Assembly (NCBI GenBank): GCA_015233675.1
Contig: JADFXH010000002.1
Span: 78,794 to 142,793, forward strand
Source: Candidatus Omnitrophota bacterium
GTDB taxonomy: Bacteria > Omnitrophota > Gorgyraeia > Zapsychrales > Fredricksoniimonadaceae
Length of the DNA stretch: 64,000 bases
Reading direction: 5' to 3'
Each line of letters begins with the position of its first letter. Positions within the stretch are counted from its first letter, which is position 1. The notes under the pieces are model-generated. The model made no database searches. It saw only the letters and a program-made list of their open reading frames with translations, and was not told where the DNA came from. The position numbers and the translations under genes are program-made. Positions 47,795 through 58,126 of this stretch are shown here, one piece after another.

Positions 47795-48307
47795 ATGAAA
47801 AAGAAAAAATTGATCCTTGAAGCAGAACTTTCTAAGACCGATCCGCGTGTCAAAATGTTGATGGTAAAGATCAAAAAAGAGAATTACCGGCCGGATGCTT
47901 TAATTGAAATTTTACATACGGCCCAAAATTCGTTCGGGTATCTTCCTATGAATGTGTTGAGGTTTATCAGTAAAGAGATGAAGGTCCCTCCCAGCCGAAT
48001 TTATTCGACGGTCACTTTTTATCATTTTTTTTCTTTAAAATCCAAAGGCGAACACACCTGTCTGGTTTGCACGGGTACTGCTTGTTATGTCAAGGGCGCT
48101 CAAAATATTCTTGATGAAATTGAAAAGGAATTCTCTCTTAAGCCCGGCCAGGTGACGGCAGATAATAAGTTCGGAGTGCAGACGGCCCGCTGTATCGGCG
48201 CTTGCGGGCTTGCTCCGGCAGTGGTCATGGATGACGAAGTGTTGGCCAAGGCCAAAGCAGAAGATATCAAAAAAATCATAAATTCAAGAATCGGAGCGGG
48301 CGTATGA
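47795..48307 (+). CDS. hoxE: Bidirectional [NiFe] hydrogenase diaphorase subunit HoxE (NuoE-like 2Fe-2S)
   Basis: Thioredoxin-like 2Fe-2S pattern CLVCTGTAC ... CIGACGLAP. Confidence 0.85.
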   Translation: MKKKKLILEAELSKTDPRVKMLMVKIKKENYRPDALIEILHTAQNSFGYLPMNVLRFISKEMKVPPSRIYSTVTFYHFFSLKSKGEHTCLVCTGTACYVKGAQNILDEIEKEFSLKPGQVTADNKFGVQTARCIGACGLAPAVVMDDEVLAKAKAEDIKKIINSRIGAGV

Positions 48308-49968
48308 ATCGTCAGGAGCTAAGAACGATCGCGGATCAGGCTAAAACTAAACAGGCCCAATATAAACATAAAGTTTGTGTTTGTTGCGGTGCCGGCTGTA
48401 TTTCTTCCGGTTCTCAGGCAGTCCTTGAGAAACTTCAGGAAGAGATCAAGACCAGAGGAATGGAAAATGAAATTGAGGTTGTCCCTTCCGGTTGCATGGG
48501 GCCTTGTAATCAGGGGCCATTGGTAAAAATTCAGCCTGATCAAACAATTTATCAGAGGGTCACTTGCGAAAATATCGCTCAGGTCGTGCAGAGTCAGCTT
48601 ATTGAAAAGAGACCCATAGAAGAGCTTCTTTTGTTTGCTGACTCACGTCCTAAGCCTTTTGTCAATGCCATGGAAGATCCGTTTTATAAAAAGCAGTTAA
48701 AGATTGTATTGGAAAACTGCGGCGACATAAATCCCGAGGTTATTGAAGATTACATCGTTTGTGACGGGTATAAGGCCTTGGATAAAGCATTGTTTCAAAT
48801 GTCGCCCGAGGAGGTTATTGCAGAAATTAAACAAAGCCGTTTGCGCGGCCGTGGCGGCGCGGGATTCCCGACGGGGATAAAATGGGAAACAGTGCATAAA
48901 TATGTGGCGGATCAAAAATATGTCATTTGTAATGGGGACGAAGGAGATCCGGGGGCGTTTATGGATCGAAGCGTTCTGGAGGGTAACCCTCATCGGGTTT
49001 TGGAAGGGATGGCCATTGCCGGATATGCGGTGGGGGCCAGCAAGGGATATGCTTATATCCGGGGAGAATATCCTCTGGCGATCAAACGTTTCGAGTTGGC
49101 TATTAAACAAGCCAGGAAATTAGGGATATTAGGAGTTAATATTTTAGGCAGTCCATTTTCTTTTGATGTTGAAGTCCGCATCGGAGCCGGTGCTTTTGTC
49201 TGCGGGGAAGAAACAGCGCTGGTTGCATCCATCGAAGGCAAGCGCGGCACTCCTCGCCCCAGACCTCCTTTTCCGGCGGAATCCGGTCTTTGGAATAAAC
49301 CGACGCTTATCAATAATGTTGAGACTTTGGCTAGCATCGCCCCCATCATTAACCGTGGAGGGCAGTGGTATGGCGAAATCGGAACACCCAAGAGTGCCGG
49401 AACAAAGGTTTTAGCTCTGGCCGGAAAAATTAAATACTCCGGTCTTATTGAAGTGCCCATGGGCATGACATTACGGGAAATTGTTTTTGATATCGGCGGC
49501 GGTGTCCCTGACGGCAAAGAATTTAAGGCCGCACAAACGGGAGGTCCGTCAGGAGGATGTATTCCTAAAGAGCACCTGGATGTGAAAGTCGACTACGAAT
49601 CTTTAGTCAGCCTGGGTTCTATTATGGGTTCAGGCGGCCTGATCATTATGGATGAAACCTCAAACATGGTCGATGTGGCCCGCTTCTTTATGGAATTCTG
49701 CATGGATGAATCCTGCGGGAAATGCGTACCTTGCCGGGTCGGCACCAAGATGCTATATGACCTTTTATGCAAGGTTTGTAACGGTCAAGGGACCAGGAAA
49801 GATCTTGATATGCTTGAAGAATTAGCTATTTATGTTAAAGAAGCAAGTTTATGTGGTTTGGGGATGTCTGCGCCGAATCCCTTGGTGAGCACACTAAGGT
49901 ATTTCAAGAGTGAATATGAGCAACAAATAACAAAGAATGCAGCAGTACAAGGGGGTACTCATGGCTAA
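48304..49968 (+). CDS. hoxF: Hydrogenase diaphorase subunit HoxF (NuoF-like, NAD/FMN-binding)
   Basis: GRGGAGFPTGIKW, ICNGDEGDPGAF, 4Fe-4S ESCGKCVPCR, and an extra N-terminal 2Fe-2S-like domain. Confidence 0.9.
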   Translation: MNRQELRTIADQAKTKQAQYKHKVCVCCGAGCISSGSQAVLEKLQEEIKTRGMENEIEVVPSGCMGPCNQGPLVKIQPDQTIYQRVTCENIAQVVQSQLIEKRPIEELLLFADSRPKPFVNAMEDPFYKKQLKIVLENCGDINPEVIEDYIVCDGYKALDKALFQMSPEEVIAEIKQSRLRGRGGAGFPTGIKWETVHKYVADQKYVICNGDEGDPGAFMDRSVLEGNPHRVLEGMAIAGYAVGASKGYAYIRGEYPLAIKRFELAIKQARKLGILGVNILGSPFSFDVEVRIGAGAFVCGEETALVASIEGKRGTPRPRPPFPAESGLWNKPTLINNVETLASIAPIINRGGQWYGEIGTPKSAGTKVLALAGKIKYSGLIEVPMGMTLREIVFDIGGGVPDGKEFKAAQTGGPSGGCIPKEHLDVKVDYESLVSLGSIMGSGGLIIMDETSNMVDVARFFMEFCMDESCGKCVPCRVGTKMLYDLLCKVCNGQGTRKDLDMLEELAIYVKEASLCGLGMSAPNPLVSTLRYFKSEYEQQITKNAAVQGGTHG

Positions 49969-50668
49969 GATCCCTGTTAACATAGATGGGAAATCATTGG
50001 AAGTAGAATCAGGCAAAACCATTCTTGAGGTATGCAAAGCTAATGATATTGAAATTTTGACCATGTGTCATTTAGAGGGGCTTGGCGATATAGGCGCCTG
50101 CCGTTTGTGTTTGGTTGAGATTGAAGGCATTAATAAACTTTTGCCTGCTTGTACAACCAAGGTAGCCCCTAACCAGGTTATTAAGACTAAGACTGAAAAA
50201 CTTAAGAAATACCAAAAGATTACGACAGAATTGTTTTTTGCGGAGCGTAACCACGTATGTGCTGTTTGTGTGGTTAACGGAAATTGTGAGCTTCAGGATT
50301 TAGGATACAAAGTCGGGATGACACGTGTCCGTTTCCCCTATCTTTTCCCTAAATGCGAGGTAGACACATCACACCCATGGTATGTTATGGACCATAACCG
50401 TTGTATTTTGTGTACCCGTTGCGTGCGGGTTTGCGGTGAAGTTGAGGGATCCTATAATTGGGGCGTAATGAAACGTGGAGTGGCGGCAAGAATTATTTCT
50501 GATTTTAATACCCCCTGGGGAGAATCAATCACCTGTACCTCTTGTTCTAAATGTGTCAACGCATGTCCGACAGGGGCCATTTGGCCAAAGGCTGTGGTGC
50601 AGGGTCAATTCAAAAAGAATCCTAAAATGATCACGGAACTTGTGGAAAAAAGGAAGATGCATTTATGA
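49961..50668 (+). CDS. hoxU: Hydrogenase diaphorase subunit HoxU (NuoG N-terminal-like Fe-S protein)
   Basis: 2Fe-2S CRLCLVEI; 4Fe-4S CILCTRCVRVC and CTSCSKCVNACP. ATG 49961 overlaps the hoxF stop. Confidence 0.85.
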   Translation: MAKIPVNIDGKSLEVESGKTILEVCKANDIEILTMCHLEGLGDIGACRLCLVEIEGINKLLPACTTKVAPNQVIKTKTEKLKKYQKITTELFFAERNHVCAVCVVNGNCELQDLGYKVGMTRVRFPYLFPKCEVDTSHPWYVMDHNRCILCTRCVRVCGEVEGSYNWGVMKRGVAARIISDFNTPWGESITCTSCSKCVNACPTGAIWPKAVVQGQFKKNPKMITELVEKRKMHL

Positions 50669-51207
50669 CAAAAAAGAGAATAGCAACAGTTTGGCTGGGG
50701 GGATGCTCAGGATGTCATATGTCTTTGCTTGATATCGATGAGCGTATTCTTGAGGTCGCGAAACTGGCGGATATCGTCAAATGCCCTATTGTAGACGCTA
50801 AGGAATTCCCCGAAGTTGATGTGGCTTTAGTGGAAGGGTCCGTTACCAGCGATGAGCATTGGCGTGAACTTGAGCATATTCGTAAAAACAGCAAGGTGTT
50901 GGTTTCTTTGGGCGATTGTGCCTTGACGACTAATATCACAGGGATGCGTAATCAATTGGCCAAGGAAGATGTGCTCAATTGCGCCTATAAAGACGCCATA
51001 AGCAATGACAAGGAAGGCAAGATGCCAAAGCATTGGGTGCTTTTGAATTTGCTCGATAAGGTAGTGCCCTTGCATGAAGTGGTTTCGGTAGATTATGTGA
51101 TCCCGGGATGTCCTCCGTCGGCAGATACTATTTTTTATGTTCTCTTTGAACTGCTTAATGACCGCGTTCCGGATTTAGCTGCTGAAAGGAAGTTGAAATA
51201 TGGATAA
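50665..51207 (+). CDS. hoxY: [NiFe] hydrogenase small subunit HoxY
   Basis: GGCSGCHMSLLD, GDCA, PGCPP. It has the short group-3 small-subunit length of 180 aa. Confidence 0.9.
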   Translation: MTKKRIATVWLGGCSGCHMSLLDIDERILEVAKLADIVKCPIVDAKEFPEVDVALVEGSVTSDEHWRELEHIRKNSKVLVSLGDCALTTNITGMRNQLAKEDVLNCAYKDAISNDKEGKMPKHWVLLNLLDKVVPLHEVVSVDYVIPGCPPSADTIFYVLFELLNDRVPDLAAERKLKYG

Positions 51208-52645
51208 TCAAAATAAAGATACAAATACAATATTAATATCTCCTGTTACCCGTATTGAGGGGCATGCAAAGATTACGATCATGCTGGATTTAGAGGGAGC
51301 CGTTAAAGATGCCCGTTTTCATGTTAATGAATTCCGCGGATTTGAGAAATTTTGTGAGGGACGTCTGTTCACGGAAATGCCGACTATCGCTCCTCGTATC
51401 TGCGGCATATGCCCTGTCAGCCATTCCGTGGCCTCAGCTAAGGCTTGCGAAATGATTATGGGGATCAAGCCGACTTATACAGGTAATTTGTTAAGACGGC
51501 TCATTCATATCGGCCAAAATGTTTCATCGCATGCGTTGTCTTTTTTTCATTTATCTTCTCCTGATTTTCTTTTAGGATGGGACAGTGACCCCGCAGCACG
51601 TAATATCTTAACCGTTGCTGATAAATATCCGGATTTAGCCCTTCGCGGGATCCGTCTTCGTAAATTCGGCCAGGAAATAAGCGAACGCATTACAGGTAAA
51701 AAGATCCACAGTATGGGGATCGTTCCCGGGGGCATGGGTTATCCTTTGACGGAAGTTAATCGTCGCGCGTTGCTAGCATGGATTCCTGAAGCCACTGAAA
51801 CTGTAAAAATGGGGATTGAATTAATCAAGAAATACCAAGATGATCATAAAGAGATGGTCAGTTCTTTTGCTAATTTCCCAAGTCTTTATCTGGCAACTGT
51901 CGGGCCGGATGGCGAGAACGAACTTTATGACGGGAAATTAAGATTTATCGACGAGAATGGCAAGATCCTTGAAGATCAGCTGGATTGTGCCAAGTACTTG
52001 GACTATATCGCGGAACGCTCAGTGGATTGGTCTTACTTGAAGTATCCTTATTACAAGCCATACGGATATGAAAAAGGTTTTTATCGGGTCGGTCCTTTGG
52101 CCCGCTTAAATGTTGCTTCCAGGATGAAAACCCCTAAGGCCCAGAAGGAATTTTTGAATTTTAAATCTTTAGGTAATGGCAAACCGGTTCATGGTACTTT
52201 TTATTTTCATTACACCAGGCTTATTGAAACACTAGGAAGTATCGAGGAAGCAGAAGGGATCCTTAAAGACCCCAAGGTTACTGATGAAGATATTCAAACC
52301 ATCGGTAGGGCTAATTTTTATGAGGGAGTCGGTTCTTCTGAGGCTCCTCGCGGAACTTTGTTCCATCATTATGTCGTTGATGAGGGAGGCAGGCTGACAA
52401 AAGTCAATCTTTTGATCGCAACCGGCCAGAATAACCCGGCGATGAACCGCTCTGTTTTTGAAGTTGCCAAACAGTATGTGCACGGCAAGGATGTCAAAGA
52501 AGGCGCTTTGAACCGTGTGGAAGCCGCTATCCGTTGTTACGACCCCTGTCTGTCCTGTTCGACGCATGCCATTGGCATCATGCCTATGGTCATAGAAATC
52601 AAAGACCACTTGGGCGAAACCATCAATGTCATCAAAAGGGACTAA
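51200..52645 (+). CDS. hoxH: [NiFe] hydrogenase large subunit HoxH
   Basis: RIEGH, N-terminal Ni ligands [10 protein letters not shown], and C-terminal DPCLSCSTH followed by a ~25-aa extension to be removed by the maturation protease. Confidence 0.9.
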   Translation: MDNQNKDTNTILISPVTRIEGHAKITIMLDLEGAVKDARFHVNEFRGFEKFCEGRLFTEMPTIAPRICGICPVSHSVASAKACEMIMGIKPTYTGNLLRRLIHIGQNVSSHALSFFHLSSPDFLLGWDSDPAARNILTVADKYPDLALRGIRLRKFGQEISERITGKKIHSMGIVPGGMGYPLTEVNRRALLAWIPEATETVKMGIELIKKYQDDHKEMVSSFANFPSLYLATVGPDGENELYDGKLRFIDENGKILEDQLDCAKYLDYIAERSVDWSYLKYPYYKPYGYEKGFYRVGPLARLNVASRMKTPKAQKEFLNFKSLGNGKPVHGTFYFHYTRLIETLGSIEEAEGILKDPKVTDEDIQTIGRANFYEGVGSSEAPRGTLFHHYVVDEGGRLTKVNLLIATGQNNPAMNRSVFEVAKQYVHGKDVKEGALNRVEAAIRCYDPCLSCSTHAIGIMPMVIEIKDHLGETINVIKRD

Positions 52646-53084
52646 TAAAGACTCCATCTTGGTTGTTGGTGTCGGTAATCCCTTACGCAGTGATGATGGG
52701 GCCGGTTCCTATGTGGCGGAATCCATAGAAGCCAGGGGATTCAATAAAGTTAAGGTCTGGGTGACGCAGCAACTCCACGTCGAAGACCTGGAATCCATGC
52801 TTTCTTTCTCAAAAGTTATTTTGATAGATGCTTCCACTTCAGGGCCTGTCGTTGATCTGCGGCAGGTCAATGGCACTGATCACAGCGGCCTTGCATCGTC
52901 ACATCATTTATCCGCCCAAACGCTTGTGAACATGGCTAGCAATGTTTATCACAAAGAATTAAATATGCAGCTTTGTTCGATCCGTGGAAGTAATTTTGAA
53001 GCGGGAGATAAAATTTCACCGGAAGTTCTTTATTGTGCTCAAAAGGCTATTGAGTTAATATGCTCTTCGATCATGGAGAGTTAG
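52626..53084 (+). CDS. hoxW: Hydrogenase maturation endopeptidase (HoxW/HybD family)
   Basis: ILVVGVGNPLRSDDGAG motif. It lies immediately downstream of hoxH. Confidence 0.85.
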   Translation: MSSKGTNKDSILVVGVGNPLRSDDGAGSYVAESIEARGFNKVKVWVTQQLHVEDLESMLSFSKVILIDASTSGPVVDLRQVNGTDHSGLASSHHLSAQTLVNMASNVYHKELNMQLCSIRGSNFEAGDKISPEVLYCAQKAIELICSSIMES

Positions 53085-53087
53085 TGC

Positions 53088-53438
53088 ATGCATGAAGGGC
53101 ATTTTACAGAACAAATTGTTGAAAGCATATTGCAGGAATTGGCTAAATACCCTAAAGCTAAAGTCAGGTCTGTAACAGTTAGGGTCGGGGAGGTGTTTCA
53201 TTTAGTCCCGGAGTCAGTTTTGATGCATTATGATGTCATGACCAAAGATTCCCCTTTACAGGGGGTAAAACTCGATTTGATCCAGGAGACTCTGCAGGTT
53301 GTGTGCGGCCAGTGCAATAAACAAGGGCCCGTCGAAGATCATCACCTTTTGCTTTGCTCGTTCTGTCATTCCCGGCAGGTCAAGCCTGTTCTCGGGGATA
53401 AAATTACTATTGAAAAGGTAGAACTGGAAAAATTATGA
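53088..53438 (+). CDS. hypA: Hydrogenase nickel incorporation protein HypA
   Basis: N-terminal MHE nickel site and zinc site CGQC ... CSFC. 116 aa. Confidence 0.9.
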   Translation: MHEGHFTEQIVESILQELAKYPKAKVRSVTVRVGEVFHLVPESVLMHYDVMTKDSPLQGVKLDLIQETLQVVCGQCNKQGPVEDHHLLLCSFCHSRQVKPVLGDKITIEKVELEKL

Positions 53439-55765
53439 AATCCTTGCGCATGGACATGCGCGGGACCGTTCAGGGAGTAGGTTTTCGGCCTTGGGTGTAC
53501 CGCCTTGCCCGCCAATTAGAACTTAAAGGTTTTGTACAAAACACTTCTCAAGGCGCTCGGGTTGAAGTCGAAGGCCAAGAGAAAGGGATAGAAGATTTTA
53601 TAAAAACTATCCGAACACAGCCTCCTGTCCATTGTGTCATTACCCAATTGTCTTTTACTGATATCAAGCATCAGGGTTTTGGTCAATTTCAGATCTTATC
53701 AAGTCTGGACGATCACCGGCATGAGGCTTTCGTTTTGCCTGACATTGCAACCTGCCCGGAGTGTCTTAAGGAAATTTTTGATCCTTCGAACCCCAGATAT
53801 TTATATCCGTTTACCAATTGCACACATTGCGGTCCCCGGTATTCTATCATTGAGGCGCTGCCTTACGATCGAAGCAACACTTCCATGAAGGGTTTCTTAA
53901 TGTGCCCAAGTTGTCAGGCAGAGTATGACGATCCGTTAAACCGCCGGTTTCATGCCCAGCCCAATGCTTGTCCGGTATGCGGTCCGCAAATTTTTCTTTG
54001 GGATGATCAGGGACAGAAGATAGCTTGTTTCAAAGAGGCGTTGAATCAAGCAGCCGATTTGATCAAAGAAGGCCGCATTGTTGCGGTCAAGGGGATCGGC
54101 GGGTTTCATCTGATGGCAGACGCCCTTAATAGCCAGGCTATATTGCTTCTTCGTAAACGGAAAAAACGCCCGCATAAGCCTTTTGCTGTTATGATGCCTT
54201 CGCTAAATATGGCCAGCCAATATTGTCAGATATCTTTTCTTGAGGCTCAAAACCTTCAGGCTCCCGCCGCTCCTATTGTTTTGTTGAATAAGAATGAAGA
54301 ATGGTTAAAGGTTTCTGAGGAAGTCGCACCCGATAATCCGTATCTTGGGGTTTTACTTCCTTGTTTGCCATTGCACCATATTCTCATGCGTATTCTTGAT
54401 AGGCCCATCGTTGCGACCAGCGGGAATTTCAGTGAAGAGCCCATTTGTATTGATAATGATGAAGCTTTGGGCCGTTTAAAGGGGATCGCGGATTTCTTTT
54501 TACTTCATGACCGTCCCATTGTCCGGCAGGTAGATGATTCCGTAATCCAAATTGTTTGTGGTAGCCCTTCATTTCTTCGACGATCCCGGGGATATGCGCC
54601 TTTACCCGTAGACATCGGATTTGATATAAGCGGCACATTGGCCGTTGGGGCCCATCAGAAAAATACTATTGCTATTGGTTTAGAGCAGGGGGTCATTGTC
54701 AGCCAGCATATAGGTGATTTGGATAATGAAATATCCTGTAAAGCTTTTGAAAGCACCATAGATTCTTTAGAATCCATTTATGATACGCCCATTGAAAGGG
54801 TTGTTTGTGACCAGCATCCTGATTATGCTTCAAGCCGTTTTGCCCGTTCATTAAATGTTAAGACGATCGATGTCCAGCACCACCATGCACACGCGGCCTC
54901 ATGTATGGCCGAGCATGGCATTAAAGAGGAAGTTTTAGGGGTTTGCTGGGATGGGACAGGGGCTGGACCTGATGGGACTGTTTGGGGAGGAGAGTTTCTG
55001 ACAACCAATGGGGCTGATTATGAAAGGTTAGCCCATTTAAAGTTATTTTCCTTGCCTGGTGCAAAACAGGCAATTAGAGAACCTAGTCGCAGTGCGTTGG
55101 GACTTCTTTTTGAATTATGTCAAGGAAGGTGGGAAGAATTTAAAGACCTTCCCTGTGTGAAAGCGTTTAATCCTTCACAATTAGCTTTAATCAGGAAGAT
55201 GATCGAACAGAAAATCAATACACCGCATACTTCAAGCATGGGACGTTTGTTTGACGGGATTTCCTCTATTATTGGTCTATGCCATAAGGCCTCATTTGAG
55301 GGACAGGCAGCGATGAGTTTGGAGTTTAGGGCAAGCAATACACTTGCTTTACCTTTTTATTGTTATAAGATAACATCGGCTCAGCAGGATGCCTCCTTTT
55401 TTGGAGGGGAACCCAAGCAGGGAGAAATGATCTTGGTTGATTGGTCCCCCATGGTCACGGGGATCATTGAAGATTTTCGTCAAGGAATACAAGCAGCCTC
55501 GATCGCCTCTCGTTTGCATCGAACGCTGGCTGAAATAATCATTGATATTGCCCGTCTGGCAAATAAAAATAAAGTGGTTTTGACAGGCGGATGTTTTCAA
55601 AATAAGTTTTTGACGCAAATGGCCGTTGATCGTTTACGACAGGAAGGGTTTAGCCCTTATTGGCAGCAACAGGTCCCCGCTAATGACGGAGGTATTTCTT
55701 TAGGGCAAATGTACATAGCTGCAAGGAGGCTTAAAAATGTGTCTGGCAATCCCGGGAAAAATTGA
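53435..55765 (+). CDS. hypF: Carbamoyltransferase HypF
   Basis: Acylphosphatase domain GTVQGVGFRPWV, two zinc-finger CxxC pairs (CPEC...CTHCGPRY; CPSC...CPVCGP), and YrdC-like and Kae1-like domains. Confidence 0.95.
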   Translation: MKSLRMDMRGTVQGVGFRPWVYRLARQLELKGFVQNTSQGARVEVEGQEKGIEDFIKTIRTQPPVHCVITQLSFTDIKHQGFGQFQILSSLDDHRHEAFVLPDIATCPECLKEIFDPSNPRYLYPFTNCTHCGPRYSIIEALPYDRSNTSMKGFLMCPSCQAEYDDPLNRRFHAQPNACPVCGPQIFLWDDQGQKIACFKEALNQAADLIKEGRIVAVKGIGGFHLMADALNSQAILLLRKRKKRPHKPFAVMMPSLNMASQYCQISFLEAQNLQAPAAPIVLLNKNEEWLKVSEEVAPDNPYLGVLLPCLPLHHILMRILDRPIVATSGNFSEEPICIDNDEALGRLKGIADFFLLHDRPIVRQVDDSVIQIVCGSPSFLRRSRGYAPLPVDIGFDISGTLAVGAHQKNTIAIGLEQGVIVSQHIGDLDNEISCKAFESTIDSLESIYDTPIERVVCDQHPDYASSRFARSLNVKTIDVQHHHAHAASCMAEHGIKEEVLGVCWDGTGAGPDGTVWGGEFLTTNGADYERLAHLKLFSLPGAKQAIREPSRSALGLLFELCQGRWEEFKDLPCVKAFNPSQLALIRKMIEQKINTPHTSSMGRLFDGISSIIGLCHKASFEGQAAMSLEFRASNTLALPFYCYKITSAQQDASFFGGEPKQGEMILVDWSPMVTGIIEDFRQGIQAASIASRLHRTLAEIIIDIARLANKNKVVLTGGCFQNKFLTQMAVDRLRQEGFSPYWQQQVPANDGGISLGQMYIAARRLKNVSGNPGKN

Positions 55766-55985
55766 AAGCATCATAGGTTCTGATGCTGATGTGTTAAATA
55801 AAAAAGGCCGTGTGAATTTTGGTGGGATTTTCAAAGAAGTGTCCCTTAGCTTTGTGCCTCAAGCCAAGGTGGGCGATTATGTCATTGTCCATGTCGGTTT
55901 TGCCCTTAGCGTTGTGGACCAAGCAGAGGCTTTAAAAGTATTTGATTATTTAAAGCAGATGGAAGAGCTCGAGGAACTTAAATGA
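55737..55985 (+). CDS. hypC: Hydrogenase assembly chaperone HypC
   Basis: N-terminal MCLAIPGKI. 82 aa. Confidence 0.9.
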   Translation: MCLAIPGKIESIIGSDADVLNKKGRVNFGGIFKEVSLSFVPQAKVGDYVIVHVGFALSVVDQAEALKVFDYLKQMEELEELK

Positions 55986-57070
55986 AGTATCTGGATGAAT
56001 ATCGGGACCCGAAATTGGCCATGCAGCTTTCCCAAGAAATCCATCACATAACAACCAGGCCATGGGTTATTATGGAAATCTGCGGTGGGCAGACGCATGC
56101 CATTGTTAAATATGGGATCGATACGCTGCTTCCAAAAAAAATTGAATTGGTCCATGGGCCAGGCTGTCCTGTATGCGTGACTCCGCTTGAAATGATTGAC
56201 CGTGCTTTGTCAATTGCCGGCCGTCGTGATGTTATTTTTTGTTCTTTCGGGGACATGCTCCGTGTCCCGGGTTCTACAACAGATCTTCTTTCTGTTAAAG
56301 CCCAAGGAGGCGATGTGCGGATGGTTTATTCTCCTTTAGATGCTCTTAAGATAGCCCAGGAAAATCCCGGCCGGGAGATTATCTTTTTTGCCGTTGGGTT
56401 TGAAACAACCGCGCCGGCCAATGCCATGGCTGTCCACCAGGCTAAAGTCTTAGGGTTAAAGAATTTTTCCCTGCTTGTCTCTCATGTTTTAGTGCCTCCG
56501 GCAATGGAGGCCATTTTGTCGTCGAAGAGTAACCGGGTACAGGGCTTTTTAGCGGCGGGGCATGTTTGTGCGGTTATGGGGTATGACGAATATATGCCGA
56601 TAGCGGCTAAATATAAAGTCCCCATTGTCGTTACCGGATTTGAGCCTTTAGATATTTTGCAGGGTATTTCCATGTGCGTTAAACAGCTTGAAGAAGGCCG
56701 TTATGAGGTAGAAAATCAATATGTGCGTTCTGTGACCCTGCAAGGCAATCGCCATGCCCAGGATCTGGTCAGCAAGGTGTTTTGCGTTATCCCTCGTAAA
56801 TGGCGGGGGGTGGGGGAAATTTCTCAAAGCGGTTTGGGCCTGAGGGATGAATATAAGGATTATGACGCTGAGCTTAAATTTGATTTAACAGGAATTAAAA
56901 CCATGGAAAGCCCGGATTGTATCAGCGGGCTTATTTTGCAGGGTGTTAAAAAACCTCATGAATGCCCGTCTTTCGGCAAGAAGTGTTCTCCTGAGCATCC
57001 TTTGGGGGCCACGATGGTTTCTTCTGAAGGGGCATGTTCGGCGTATTACAGATATAAAAGGAATTCCTGA
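55982..57070 (+). CDS. hypD: Hydrogenase formation protein HypD
   Basis: [31 protein letters not shown]. Confidence 0.95.
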   Translation: MKYLDEYRDPKLAMQLSQEIHHITTRPWVIMEICGGQTHAIVKYGIDTLLPKKIELVHGPGCPVCVTPLEMIDRALSIAGRRDVIFCSFGDMLRVPGSTTDLLSVKAQGGDVRMVYSPLDALKIAQENPGREIIFFAVGFETTAPANAMAVHQAKVLGLKNFSLLVSHVLVPPAMEAILSSKSNRVQGFLAAGHVCAVMGYDEYMPIAAKYKVPIVVTGFEPLDILQGISMCVKQLEEGRYEVENQYVRSVTLQGNRHAQDLVSKVFCVIPRKWRGVGEISQSGLGLRDEYKDYDAELKFDLTGIKTMESPDCISGLILQGVKKPHECPSFGKKCSPEHPLGATMVSSEGACSAYYRYKRNS

Positions 57071-58110
57071 TGGAATCATTTGCCTGTCCCTTTCCTATTC
57101 AACAGTATCCGCAGGTGCTTTTAGCGCACGGAGGCGGCGGAAAGCTAATGCAGCAGCTCATAGAAAAAATGTTTACTGTTGCTTTTGGCCCAAAGCCTCA
57201 GGATGGTTTGCATGATTCCGTTGTATTGGATTTACCAAAATCCAGGATCGCTTTTACGACGGACTCTTTTGTGGTGCATCCGTTATTTTTTCCTGGAGGG
57301 GATATCGGAAGTTTGGCGGTTTATGGCAGCGTCAATGATCTGGCAATGTCAGGAGCTAAGCCTTTATATTTGAGCCTGGGATTTATACTTGAAGAAGGTC
57401 TTAGCATGCAGACCCTTTGGGGCGTGGTGCAATCCATCAAGAAAGCTGCGGACAGTGCGGGTGTTCAAATAGTTACAGGAGACACCAAGGTTGTTGATAG
57501 GGGCAAAGGTGACGGGATTTATATTAACACCTCAGGGATAGGGATCATTGAACATGGCTTTAATATATCTCCCGGACGTATTAAATCGGGGGATGCGGTT
57601 ATCATTAATGGCGATGTGGGCCGTCACGGCATTGCCATTATGGCTTCCCGGGCAGGACTTGAATTTGAGACGATTATTGAAAGTGACTGTGCTCCTTTGA
57701 ATTTTTCTGTTAAGGCGTTGCTTGATGCCGGTATTGAAATTCATTGCATGCGTGATTTGACTCGTGGAGGGTTAGCCAGCGCGCTTAATGAGATCGCCCA
57801 GGCAGCCGGCTATTCTATTGCCGTTGAAGAGTCTGCTGTCCCCGTACGCGAAGACGTGGCTTCAGGCTGTGCTATGCTGGGATTTGACCCTTTATATGTA
57901 GCCAATGAAGGCCGCTTTGCTCTGTTTGTTCCCGAGAAGCATTTAGGGCCATCGTTAGAAGTTCTGAAAAAATTCTCTTTAGGATTGCCGGCGGCTCACA
58001 TAGGAAGGGTTTTAGAAGAAAGAAAATCTTTCGTTATCCTTAAAAGTTTTATCGGTGCTAATCGGATTTTAGATATGATCAGCGGCGAACAACTCCCGCG
58101 GATTTGTTAG
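57070..58110 (+). CDS. hypE: Hydrogenase expression/formation protein HypE
   Basis: PurM-like fold. The C-terminus ends in PRIC, the cysteine that carries the thiocyanate. Confidence 0.95.
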   Translation: MESFACPFPIQQYPQVLLAHGGGGKLMQQLIEKMFTVAFGPKPQDGLHDSVVLDLPKSRIAFTTDSFVVHPLFFPGGDIGSLAVYGSVNDLAMSGAKPLYLSLGFILEEGLSMQTLWGVVQSIKKAADSAGVQIVTGDTKVVDRGKGDGIYINTSGIGIIEHGFNISPGRIKSGDAVIINGDVGRHGIAIMASRAGLEFETIIESDCAPLNFSVKALLDAGIEIHCMRDLTRGGLASALNEIAQAAGYSIAVEESAVPVREDVASGCAMLGFDPLYVANEGRFALFVPEKHLGPSLEVLKKFSLGLPAAHIGRVLEERKSFVILKSFIGANRILDMISGEQLPRIC

Positions 58111-58126
58111 AGGGGCCAGTGGAAAT

